Part shown: one piece after another, positions 51,961 through 64,000 of the stretch
How the letters are laid out: the number at the start of each line of letters is the position of its first letter
Position numbering within the stretch: the first letter of the stretch is position 1
Source of the DNA: Tubiluchus corallicola
Taxonomy: Eukaryota; Animalia; Priapulida
Reading direction: 5' to 3'
DNA length: 64,000 nucleotides
NCBI GenBank assembly: GCA_030141605.1
Contig: JAQGDQ010000057.1
Location: 62,001 to 126,000 of the forward strand
Program-made: the position numbers and the translations under genes
Notes under the pieces: model-generated
Databases searched by the model: none
What the model saw: only the letters and a program-made list of their open reading frames with translations
Told to the model about the DNA's origin: nothing

Positions 51961-54032
51961 ACAATGTCGTTTATAGATGGCGCATTACCTGATGTAATAC
52001 ACATAATAGATACCGCATTAACTGATACAGCAGGATGAGAATAGATGTTCATGTCTGGGTTTTTAAAAACTATTTTGATTGTTGCATAACTGTAGTATAT
52101 TAAAATGAAACACTAGCTGCTACGCCCCTGAAGGTTTTTGTGAAAACTGAAACAATTATTTAAAGGTTACCGTCACTCACACCAATTATCATCCACTGGC
52201 CAGTCTGTTATTTCATCACAGAGCCTCAAATGATCAAATGCAATTTTTGTCAGGCATTGAAAACAAAATCGGTAGATTAGGATTTACGGCTCATTTTAAC
52301 AATTCTTCACTCAAAAACTTTCGCGCTTTTCAAGAGAAACCGTTCCCCTGGTGGTTTAATTACCAACGATTTTGATTGGTCGTTGCTAAATTGTATTCCC
52401 TGAAGGTCAGTTGAAAGTAATCCTCTTCACACCGTGCCAACTTTCTTCTGATTGAATTATTAATCTAAATAAAAACACTCAAGAGACGAATAAGTAGATT
52501 TCGTGCGCATACTCGATGTAAATTGGATTCTGTTAACCGCCCATACCTCATTTCTCATGAACTTCTCTTTCTCATCTTATTTCCAGCGTCCCGACAGGCA
52601 CTGTTGAAAGTCATTTGCACTGAAACAATCAACATGTCAGCGCTCACTTTACCAGCATTTTATAGATAATTAAGATTATTAACTATTATTAATTAATCAA
52701 TGGGTGCGATCACGAATGTGTAAAACGTTGCACGCTTGTAAGGAAAACGAAGTGATGATTTGATTCATAGATACGCTTTTGTCTTAAATAGGTTTAGTCA
52801 TTTCTTGAAACAGCATAGAATTTATTCGGATGCGAAGTGATTATCTTCAATTAAAGTGAAATGTCTTTTGGACAAACTTCCTGAATTCTGTGATAAAGTA
52901 GGTAATACTGCAGTTTTTGTGACATGTAGTCCTAGTCACAATTGAATATAAATTGAATATAATTGAATTATTTATTCATTTCGGATCTAGCCCATAAAAT
53001 GCAAATAAATAAATACAGAAGTAAAAACGCTAGAGTTAAAACTAGCTTAAAAACTTATTTACAGTATAATGCATAGGTATGATTTTTCGCTTACAAATTC
53101 GTTCTGCATTTGATTCACGTACAGCTAAACAACAACAAAATACAAAAATTTACAAAAGAAAGCATGTACTGATATCAGAGTTTAAAATACGTTGTATTAA
53201 AAGATTACTAGAGTGATCTAATCGATTTTTCAAAATGCAAGTCGACTCATCATTTGATTAGAGCTGCAATCATAGGACAATGAAAACACCTTTCTTATAC
53301 ACTTGTTGTGTGTAACTTTCCGTTGTTTAATAATAATAGGCATTGTAATTTTTCCACAATGGTTACCATAGACACTTGATTAAAGCTATATGGATTTGTT
53401 ACATTCCAATAAATAAATGAATGGAAAAACTAATGATAGTTTGGTGAATTGGTTGGTTGTCCCATTTCTTCGGAACCACAAGGTCATAGACCTTGATATG
53501 GTCACCCATTAATGAAATGTCTTCCTCAGTGCATTGTGAGTCTCTGACCTGATGAACTGGCTGCAACTGATAGGCTTTGTCACCTTGCTAGGTTGTGAAG
53601 CAGTTTTGGCTTCATCCTTGCCTTTCTTCACCTTGAGACGTGCTGCCCAGCTAGCTGTCTAATAGTAATTTCTATCGACCAAGGTGTTGCAGTATATTTG
53701 TGTTGGGTTATTATTACCATGTGTCGTATTAAAATATAAATACACGTGAATTACAATGTAAAACTTGACTTTAGATGAAAATTTATTTAATTAATATTAA
53801 AAACATTGAAAAATACAAAGAACAGTTTGATATAAACGTAAATACGTCATGATGACATGTCAACGTGTCAACCTTTATTTGATCACACTATGCAGACAGA
53901 TAGCAATTAATCTTTATCAAGAGAAGCTGCTGCCTCAACAAAGTGTCATGGAAACCAACGGTAATTGCCTACATTATAAACAGGCGCGTGTGATATGTGA
54001 GCTCTAGTCAATTACCTAGTCACATTCTCTGG

Positions 54033-54033
<1 letters not shown>

Positions 54034-54109
<76 letters not shown>
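54034..54109. repeat. Compound (TA)n(TG)n microsatellite
   Basis: Read directly from the sequence. Confidence 0.97.
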
Positions 54110-54110
<1 letters not shown>

Positions 54111-54248
54111 TGTCCTTGGGTTCGAGTGGATGCTTGGCTTTTAGCATGAACGATTCAGAACTCGTCGAACATATAAGCATAAAGATGGTTTCCAAAAATG
54201 ACCAACAAATTACTGAGATATGTAATATTGTTGCTGTTGCTGTTGCTG

Positions 54249-54490
<242 letters not shown>

Positions 54491-54759
54491 GAACCTACAA
54501 ATGACGTAAAATGTAAAAAGTCGATACCATAGATATTAAAATCGTAATAAGTTCGTAATGATACCAGGAAAGATACCACGAGTTCAAACATAGTAGTTGC
54601 AGTTTAAAGACACAGATAACACACAAACAGACAGTTGCAAAAAACAGAAGATGCAGAAAACAGTTTAGAAAGCAGAATAGGTATTTACATTACACGTACG
54701 CGTACTAGGTAGTCTTTTACGTGTACACATTTGACGTTTATTTAAAAAAAAATATTTCA

Positions 54760-54900
54760 CCGATTCGTCGCTTGTGAGCTTGGTACCAAAGCATGTTTGC
54801 GCATGCGCGCTGTGCAGAAACAGATGGCTTCATAGTTACTTGACTATGTAGAAGTGAGATCACACATTAGCCGCATGTGCTTCAGGTATGTGCACAGGTA
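54760..54900 (+). promoter_or_regulatory. Candidate promoter of the receptor gene (NRF1-type site)
   Basis: Perfect GCGCATGCGC at 54799-54808 in a segment richer in CpG, about 0.8 kb upstream of ATG 55626. Confidence 0.4.
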
Positions 54901-55625
54901 TAATGGTCCCTGGTGGACAACTTTCTTCCTAGTCAGCGAAACTCGTGCCACAGTAAAGCTGCGAAGTATTAACTTCATGAAGTTTTTACTTTAACGATTT
55001 AAACAGATCGCTTGCCTGGCGGCGCTTCGACTTTTATGTAGTTCTGTCGGTTTACATCAAAGTGCGTTGAAATTGTGCAAATCGGTTGTTTTCTGTGACG
55101 CGTAATAAGATTCTAGATATTTCAGCTACATCCTGTAACTAGATTTACCAATGCAAGGAAACTGTTACAAGGATGAATATCTTTGCGTTCAGGCGTATTG
55201 GTAAGTGAAGAGTCGCGAAGTAAACCGTGGCCGCAGGACGTGTTCACCGTGCAGAGTGATTTACGCATCTGTTGCCGACAGTCTGAACTGTTCAGAAAGG
55301 ATGAACAACTTAAAAAACATTTTCAATTACTGTTAAATAGACTTGTTGTTCATAATCATCCTTACAAACAAACACTGTTAGATTGACGTATGGTAAACAG
55401 TGGTCTACCCGTAGAAATAAAAGTTGTTAAACGTGTTCATAATTTTCCTTATAAACAAAATTATTTGTGAATATGTACACTACGACACTATCGTGTTTGG
55501 TAACTTTGTTCAGGATGTATTGGGATTTGTAAAAGCTGTTTCCTGCGCAGAGTCGAGCCTTTGTAATGAGGACCTTTCCTGCAATCCTTCAAGTTTGATC
55601 GATTTTAAACTCTCGTGGGGTTATC

Positions 55626-56370
55626 ATGACAAAAGCAGTAACCTCCTTGTTTATTGTAGTGCCCCCCTTGTTTATTCTGTCTCACGTTATTAGCGTCTTT
55701 GCCATCAATCCTATGTACATTCCAACGCCAGGGGAACTCCAGTTTGCATGCATCCTCCCATATGATCCTACAAAATCCTCTCATATCCTGAAAGTGCGAC
55801 CAGCACTGGATCTGGCCACAAAGCACATAAAGTCTGCTCAGATTTTACCTCACACCCACATCATGTTCGTCTTCAGTGATTCCATGTGCTCTTCTACATG
55901 GTCTCTGATTAGGGCTATTGACTTCTACAAGGAAGGCAAGACAAGGGCTTTCTTTGGACCTGTCTGCGACTATGCTGTGGCAGCTGTGGGACGCGTCAAT
56001 TGGTACTGGAATTTGCCACTTTTGACACCAGGTGCGCTGGCACACGACTTTGGAAAGAACAAGAGCAGCCCAGATGCAGAGTTTCCCATGGTGACCCGTA
56101 TTGGGTCCTCCTTTGAAACAATGTCACAGTTTGTAGTTGCACTTATGAAACAGTTCGGCTGGCGTCGAATCAAAGGCCTGTACCAGAAGAACACTAACAC
56201 TGACGTAATGGATGATAACTTTTGTTATCTGGCTATGAACGCAATCTTTGACCTGTTGAAAAAGAGTGGTTACGACCCAGGCACTGAAGGTGCGTCAAGT
56301 TTCACAGAAATCACAGCCACAGTGGATGTGGAACAGATGATACGGAAGGAGGTGGGAACGAAGTATGCAG
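55626..56370 (+). CDS. Atrial natriuretic peptide receptor-like / receptor guanylyl cyclase, first coding exon (signal peptide and ANF-receptor ligand-binding domain, partial)
   Basis: Hydrophobic signal peptide, then VRPALDLA, DSMCS, AFFGPVCDYAVAAVGR..YWNLPLLTPGALAHDF, EFPMVTRIG and FGW. Donor GCAG|gtacgt at 56370. No further exon recognised in the window. Confidence 0.88.
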
Positions 56371-56429
56371 GTACGTTGTTGTACTTGCATTATACCTGGT
56401 TGCCTTGTCTTTCATTTGTGCTTTTTTAA

Positions 56430-56640
56430 CCGTCAACTGATGGAGGGAAACGGTTGTGGCGGGACCAGCATTTAGCTCATCAAGGATAATCTAAGATAAG
56501 ACACTGAACTAGCAACAGGAATACATCGCTTAGTAAGGAAAATAGCCAGGGCCTAGCAAGCCGTTTCCCTGGCCGTCACTAATCCATTTACTGACCTTGC
56601 ATAGGTTGCTCAACTTTAGATGCTACAGATTGCTAACTAT
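56430..56640 (-). mobile_element. Probable SINE remnant with a 5S-rRNA-like segment
   Basis: Minus strand aagttgagcaacctatgcaaggtcagtaaatggattagtgac resembles the 5S internal promoter region (gaagttaagc..gg.tagtacttggatggg.gac). Confidence 0.35.
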
Positions 56641-58783
56641 ATCATTCATTATTCAACTATTTCCTTTACCCTGTATTTGTAGGCTGTACTATTCATTTCA
56701 CCACTACTGAGTCCAAACGATCTTCGTACGAATACAGAAGCTATAATGTAAGGCGGATCTTCTCTTTCATGCTGCCCGCAAATTTCTAGGCTAAAGCTGT
56801 GCTTTAGCTTTGATCCAACAGAAAATGTACGACTGCATTATTTCAGAGTTGCAGCTTGTGAAAACCGAATGTGGGCTTTTTCAGTTTTTGTTTATCACAG
56901 GAAAGTGTAGGTCTACTCTTGTTTGCAGCAGATCTTAGTACATGTAGCTTGCACAGATGTTATGAGTTGCATGGACTGGCGAAAAACTACGGCCGTAATT
57001 ACGTGTGTAGGCCATTTGTTTTTTACTTCTATTTTCAGATAAACAGATTTTCAAAAAATATTTAGCATGTCGATCGTAAAGTCATAAAGGTATACCAAAA
57101 AGGATGATTTGACATTAAATCAAAGGTGATTATTGTGTTTTTGCGCCTGGCAATTAATTTCTGTAATTAAAAGTTTTGTGGGCTCAGCATCATACGTTCT
57201 TTCTAATATGTTTTCGTAGAACGTTTCATTTATTTGAGGTATCATCGATAATTTTCCCAATCTTGCTGCATCTGTTGACAGATGTCGGCATATAATTCTC
57301 ACTGCGAATAATTTCTGCGAAAAGTTAATGAAATTTTGCGGCTAAAATAAAAATACGAAACGACATAATCGTCAGTTGATGTGCGCAATTATGACTATAA
57401 ACCAGTTTTAATGAGCTGGTGAGTAGTTAATGAGGTCCTGCTATACCGACCGAATTAAATTTTCTCTTGATCAATATTGTCTTACAAACCCATTCTACTA
57501 TGATGAAATTTGACGGTCAGTTTAGACAAATTTAACCCGTTTTTAGTAACGCTTGAATGATGCTAGTTTTTTCTATGATGATGATGATGATGATGATAAC
57601 GATGAAGAAGAAAATGAACGTTTTAATTAATTTTGATGATGACAGTGATGATGATTCTGACACCACAGTGGAATTATCATTGAAACAAGAAGTCGAGCAC
57701 CATTGCAGACTCCATCTTTAAATCAAAAGTGATGTACATTTCATGTAGGCCTATCATATTCTTGTAAAACTTTTTATCTGCATACAGGAAGTACGGATGT
57801 CAATGACAAAGTTGTTAGTGGGGCCCTCTACCACAGAAATGCTACCGAACAGTGTAAACACCTTGGACATATTTAACAAAAACACAACTTTAAATTCCAA
57901 GCTTTATGTTATATAATCTAATTAACAACACACTTTCTGTGTTGAGAATCCATTTACGTAAATTAATGCGTATGGGTTTCGCCAGTTACCTTGATGTACG
58001 AGGACAGCTTGAATAAGTACGTGTACGAGTACGTGGACTGCCTTCACAAATATATACGATATCATCCTCCTTTCCAGCGTACGTCCCACTTCCCCCCTCT
58101 TGGACGTGACCCAGTTTGAACAAATCTATATGAAGGCAAATAATCGTTGTTACATTTTTACATAATACCAGTTATCCGGTTTTCCAGATTTCCAGGTAGT
58201 CGGGCTTTCTTTAGTCACGTAATTCACCGACGTTGACACGATCGTAGCAAGAGAAGCCAGGTTCTGAAATAAATACCGGCTCATCATGCAAATACTTTAA
58301 GTCCCGGACAGTCACGCCCGCACGAAAACAAAATTAAATGATCTATTTTTGATTGACAATTAACAAATTGGCCGCCTACTGGTTGTGATAGCAGACAGAC
58401 GTTTTCATTTATTGAAAGTTCTCCCGATTTTTGCTAATCTGCTGGATTGCGTAAGTGAAGGAACACCACAATTATGCAAATTTTTTTACACCTGGACTTA
58501 TACAGTGTTTTATAGAATGTAAGTGTTTGCATTAGTAATGAAGTAATGAAGATTGAGTGGTTTCAGCTTTATTTGGGTACAGATTGGTAGCAAACTAAAC
58601 CGACGCTAGTTTTAAAAAAATATAATAAGTAGCAGCATACGAAGTGTCAGCCTTGCTCAAAAATTGTATGCTTCCAAATTCTTGAGTTCTTGTGGTAGTA
58701 GTTCTATAAATACACTACTAACTCTCATTTACTTAATTCCCTCTGTACCTAAGTAGTCCATACATGTAGTCTAAAATAAAACT

Positions 58784-58881
58784 AAAATGTCTGTTTGCTG
58801 TTTTAATTTTGTTTCTGACATAAAAGATTCCAAAAATGTCTGTCCGTTATTTTAATTTTGTTTCAGACATAAAAGATTCCA
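58784..58881. repeat. Tandem duplication of about 49 bp
   Basis: aaaatgtctgt...ttttaattttgtttc.gacataaaagattcca occurs twice. Confidence 0.8.
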
Positions 58882-61052
58882 TAACGTTAGTTGCACACAG
58901 TAAATGATAAGTAAACGACAACAAGTTCATTAGCGAATAATAGTTTAGCACTCATTGTGTATTAATTGAAAGCATGCCCACTGCATGTGGTAAAAAATGT
59001 TTGCAGTTTCTTTTGTTTTACCAGGGATGGAGCAAAAAAAAACGATCTGTTAGTTCAATAGTTAGTTGTGTCACCAGTTGCGTAACAGTTTATCATCTGG
59101 TTTCATAATTGGTTACATTAGATGCAATTTTTCCAATTTTAATTAAATAGTTAGTTAATGTGAACTGTTGCTTGAACATGTGTCGAAGCGTTGCAGATGT
59201 TGGGTCTGAATAAAAGCCATGTCTTTGCTTAAATGGGTGCTCACTGTTATTTGTATTTTAAGAATTTGTTTTCCCTTTCACCCACTCAGTTTCTCAAATA
59301 GTTAGTGCTTTAAGTAACAGGTTCAACAATCTTGGTTCGGTCAGTTAGTATCATGCCCGTTTATGTTTTTGGTATCCAGCATGATCAATTTACTCATCTG
59401 ACTTGTGGGCGACTATGACGATTTATGGACAATTAGTTTGTCAAAGGTCGCAATTTACGAGCAATTACGCGCGCTCATTTGTTATGTAAGACTTCGTCTT
59501 TGTTCTTCTAGTTTAATTCATCGTCAACATGAAGCCAGGTTTTCAGCTAAGCTTCGGAAGCCATGCAGTTGACCGTCATGCAAGATAAGAATACTGCTAT
59601 ATATGTTGGTTAATTGTGAGTATATGGTATCTGTAGTTGATTGAACGAATCCCAGTTATTGGAGCAGTGCTGATTTGTTTAGAAGTAGGTTTGTATGATG
59701 GACGCATGATTGGTTGGCTGGGCTTATAAATAAATGGATAAATAAACATAAAAGAAGGAACATACAAATGAATAAAAGATGTAATGGATAATAAACTACT
59801 ATACATGTATGTGAATGGTTGACTGACTGCGTGGTTAGTTGACTGAAAAAAATTGACTCAGTGACCGCATGACACACCCTGTTACATATGAGAGAATAGC
59901 CTAGTTTCTTTCACAAATTGTTGATAGCTCTGCCGAACGATGTGCACTTTACTTTATATCTGTACTTTATAACACGACCCCATTAACACAACTGTACTTT
60001 ATATAGTTCCTCGAAAAATGTTAAATTTTCTCTATTCGACCAAGGCAAATGACAAATGTATTTTAAATTCAGGGGCGTGTACTGTCAAGGCTTTGGTGCA
60101 TTCAGTTCAATCTTCTTACACGAAATGCATCTCTAACCCGTAGCTGTCTGCCTGGGTAAAAAGCTTTATAGGTGGAAAGAGCAAAGAAGCAAATTATTTC
60201 AGTAACTGCGCACCGATTCATTACACTGGTGACTATTAAGAGCAACCTTAAGATTACTGACAGAGCAAAAATTACACTAATTAAACTCGGATTTTTATTT
60301 AAAGGGAGGGAGGCAGAGCATTAAATACATTAAAGGAAAACTGCTTATCCGTCAGTTTATCTAGAGATTAGATCAGGAACATCATTGTTACGCACAAGCG
60401 TTTGATTCACTGTTAAAGAACTACTCTATTGCTTGAACTCCCAGGGGAGTCGTTGCTGATAGCGTTTGAAAAGCGTCGTGTAAAAGACGACCGACAGATT
60501 ACATTGATCCGAAACCGATGCCAAGAGGCGATTGAGGGAAAAAGTTAATTTTATTCAGAGATAAAAAGAGCTTAGTTTTGCTTAAGGTCATCTAGAAAGT
60601 CAAACTTCAGATGCTAGTTTTCCAACTTTTCTACATTTGATATAAAACTGCAATTGAGGAAGGAGTTAATTACATTTAGATTCAATCGGATTTTGAATTC
60701 AAACTTTAGTTCAGATGCTTGTTTTTCTACGCATGTGCGCGTAAATTGCACACATTACAAATCATCGAGCATGAATATATGTGGTAGTATTCTGTCACGT
60801 AATAGGCTAATTTTCATATTGCAGGGAAATTGAATCATTAATGTTACTTTGTTTCGTATATAAAAGGTATAAAAACTGGTTGTTACACACATAAATGCAC
60901 TCACGCACGCACGTACGTTTCACGTGCAATTAATAACATGTGAGATATGACTTCGCTACTTTTAGTCCTGGATTCGGTAACAGATTTTTTAGTCGTCCTA
61001 ATTTGCAAAAACATTTATTTGTAGAACTGAAATCTGACAAACGAAAATTTTT

Positions 61053-61197
61053 ACCAGACGGTTTAGTTTAGTGGTAACACGTCCGCTTTCCATTTGGGAG
61101 GTCGTGAGTTCGATACAGCGGATGGGTAATACCAAAGTCTTTAAAAGGCACCTGTTGTTGCTCTGCGTGGCGCGTGGTATTTAGAGTAAAAGTGGGG
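61053..61197 (+). mobile_element. tRNA-headed SINE, MetaSINE-like, 3'-truncated
   Basis: A box TAGTTTAGTGG and B box GAGTTCGATAC, then gggtaataccaaagtctttaaaa..tgttgctctgc, resembling the Meta domain. Confidence 0.65.
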
Positions 61198-61351
<154 letters not shown>

Positions 61352-64000
61352 GCCGTGGATTTGGTTCCCTAGTTTCATTATACCAACATAATCAGCAAGC
61401 TGTTGGCTTCGTCAATATGGTTTTAGTCATCTGATAGCAGGTATTATTAATAGCTACGATGATTTAGTGGCGAGCCGTGATATACACACACTTTTTCTAT
61501 TGAGTAGCCCTATAACAAACCTTGAATCATACTGGGCTTCAGTGATAGAATTACCGTCATAAACTGCCATAAACTGCTTCGATTTGAAACATGAGAAATG
61601 CGAAAAAATCGAAAATTTACACTATTATTAGGTCATGTATAGATGCTTCATCAAAATGTTTTGCTGTCCCAGTATAGTTTTATTTAGGAAAATCTGACAC
61701 AACATTTCTTAGAGCGTTTCAACTGAAATACACTGAACAAATTGGAACGTTAATTCCTTGTGGTACATAAAGATGTCGTAAATGGTACAAACCCAAAAAT
61801 GTTTCTTGGTTACGTTGGTATAATGAAATTAGGAAGCCAAATTCATGTAGAATAATTGTTATGTTGTAAAGAAATCTGGCCTAGTCACAAACGGTAGAAA
61901 TTTTTGTTTGTCAGATTCCAGTTTTGCAAATAAAACGGTTTTTTCCGACTCTTGTAATTCAAGTAGCTTCGGCTATCATTCTGTTTTGTTAGTTTTAGTT
62001 TTGAGGAAACTTGTAAAGGAAAATCTAGCTTTCATCCTGTTCCTGCACAGAGTTTGAAATGAAGTGAAAACAGAAAAAACTTGAAAGAAGCCATTTGCGT
62101 GGATATTTCTTTCAGCATCTATTTATTGTATTGTTACGAAAAGATTTAAGCTTGTAAACCCGGTCCCAATGTTTCGTCTGTGGAGCTCATAACCGTCTGT
62201 TGGTTACCAAGATACTTATACAATAGGAAATTATGTAGTATTATTTACCTAAATACTGATTCCCTTACGAAGTATAAGGAGTTGAGGTGAACTTTCAAGA
62301 ATGCTGGTTTTGCTTGTAGATTCATTTACTTTCAAACATTGTTAACTGTTTATTACATTCCCTGGAATTTTGTGTAGACATAATTCTGAATAAATCTGTT
62401 TTCATTCATGTCAAAGACAAAGACCTAATGAAATATTGCACGACTTGTTTGGAATTGTTCAATCTTGAAAATAAGTATTGAACTCGCCTTTTTGATACGT
62501 TAAGATGACGAAAGAAGCTTAGGTTGTCACCAAAGGAGGATTTACTTTATTTGCCAACAGCACTCAGTAGTACTAGTGATTAAGAAAACAAGAAACTTGA
62601 AGACAAAGAGGTGCATCTCCAGTCTAATCTCCCAGTATGTCCGATAACAATCCCCAGTCGTTTCGTACGGACACCTTCCAGCAATGGCGGCACGATTATC
62701 GATTAACATTTGATCGATTAATTCTTGTAAAAAGCGAAGCCTGGTATCTGCATAAGTCGTGATTGATTGTGTCATAACGCTAGCGCGTATATATATAGAG
62801 AACAAGCACGTTAATTGTATTTATAAGCAGGTAAAAAGTTATTAGAGACGTGGAAGCTGTGCCAGAATGATGCTTGATAAATGATTTATCAAGATTAATA
62901 ATGGTTGACATGGCAATAAACCTTCATTTATTTAACTTTTGATTGTTGTAGGAGTTGATCGTGCTTTTATTGGCACCCGGATCCATATAGCTGTTTTCAT
63001 ACGAAACACGCGTTGATACGTCTTTATATGTTTAACACAGCTAGACGCGTTTTCACAATGTTTGTATGAATGGCTGTAAAACTCAAGCTTTTCACGACGG
63101 TTGCATTGTATAGAAAAAATATAAATTAATAAAATTGTCATCGTTGCTATCCTAAGAGCTTTGGGAATTAATCTTGTCCAATAAACACGAAGAACAGATT
63201 ATTGTTCTTTGCTTGAAACTTACTTGGAGTTTATTAATAGTGTTAAGTTCGACTCGAACTGTTGGTCGGCGGACTCATGGAAATCGAATATGTCGATTAC
63301 AAATGATATCAATCCCACCATCTTGAATTTAAGACTGCAATTCGAAAATCCGACTCTTGACAATCGATGCAGAATTCGATCTTGTATGGCAGATCAAATG
63401 TCCGACTCCGTCAGTCAGTGCGGAATTTGTTCTATGATATTCGTGTGAAATTTCATGACAATCCAAAAGGACAGCCTCAACTACAGCAGCAGCGACGACG
63501 ACAACAACAACATCTAGAAGAGTAGAAGTTTTGGTTATGCCAATGACCAAAAATTAATCGCGATTTTAATGGGTGGCTCATTAGCTGGGTCATAAAGAGC
63601 CTATCATTAGTTTGATATCGTAAGCTTTCCAACATTTTATTGTGTTAGTTTCGGTTTAGTACAGAAGTATATCAAATAGGCACGGGCGTTCAGGTTAGAT
63701 GCTTGGCTTTTACCCCATCACGAACAGTTGCCGCACTGTGACCTAGCGAATCAGTTACATGCCACTGGTGTTTGGAAAGGAACATTCAGATAGTTTCAAG
63801 TAACTTTCAATGACCTTGCATTTCGATGAAGTATGTCACTTAAATATTGAAAGTGGAATGGAAGCCAAGCAGCTGCGATCAGTGAGAAGCTGTTCCAGCG
63901 GCAGTGTAATGATGATGATGATGCTATAATTGTCTTCCTTAAAAGACGTGCGCGTGGACAAGTGACTGAGCGGCAACTCAAATGGTTATTGGCTAGTTTA

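Noticed and set aside
56371-56429. Secreted 267-aa receptor ending at the ORF stop
   Set aside because: A good donor at 56370 sits mid-domain, so the extra residues are best explained as intron read-through. No transcript evidence.
61057-61130. tRNA gene
   Set aside because: A and B boxes are present, but I could not fold an acceptor stem or cloverleaf, and SINE body sequence follows.

Overview
Eukaryotic, AT-rich, intron-containing animal DNA. It is probably a marine or lophotrochozoan-type invertebrate, inferred from the repeat and gene types. Four spliced host genes were reconstructed by hand from GT-AG boundaries and reading-frame continuity: DGCR6/gonadal (minus strand, 4 coding exons, last exon(s) off the left edge); IST1 (plus, 5 coding exons, complete, 383 aa); a FASTKD5-like mitochondrial RAP-domain protein (plus, 5 coding exons, complete, 765 aa); and the first coding exon of a natriuretic-peptide-receptor-like or receptor guanylyl cyclase gene (plus, remainder off the right edge). 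About 22 kb between FASTKD5 and the receptor gene is a graveyard of decayed transposons (hAT, BEL/Pao, Gypsy, CR1/L2, MITEs, minisatellites), most on the minus strand. The most unusual element is at 31.8-34.0 kb: an LTR/PBS-like head followed by a membrane-protein ORF and an overlapping, decayed DEDD-exonuclease-like ORF of the kind I associate with Polinton/Maverick (adintovirus) elements, with no gag/pol. No CRISPR array, rRNA or intact tRNA gene is supported. All homology calls come from motif recognition by eye, not from database searches.
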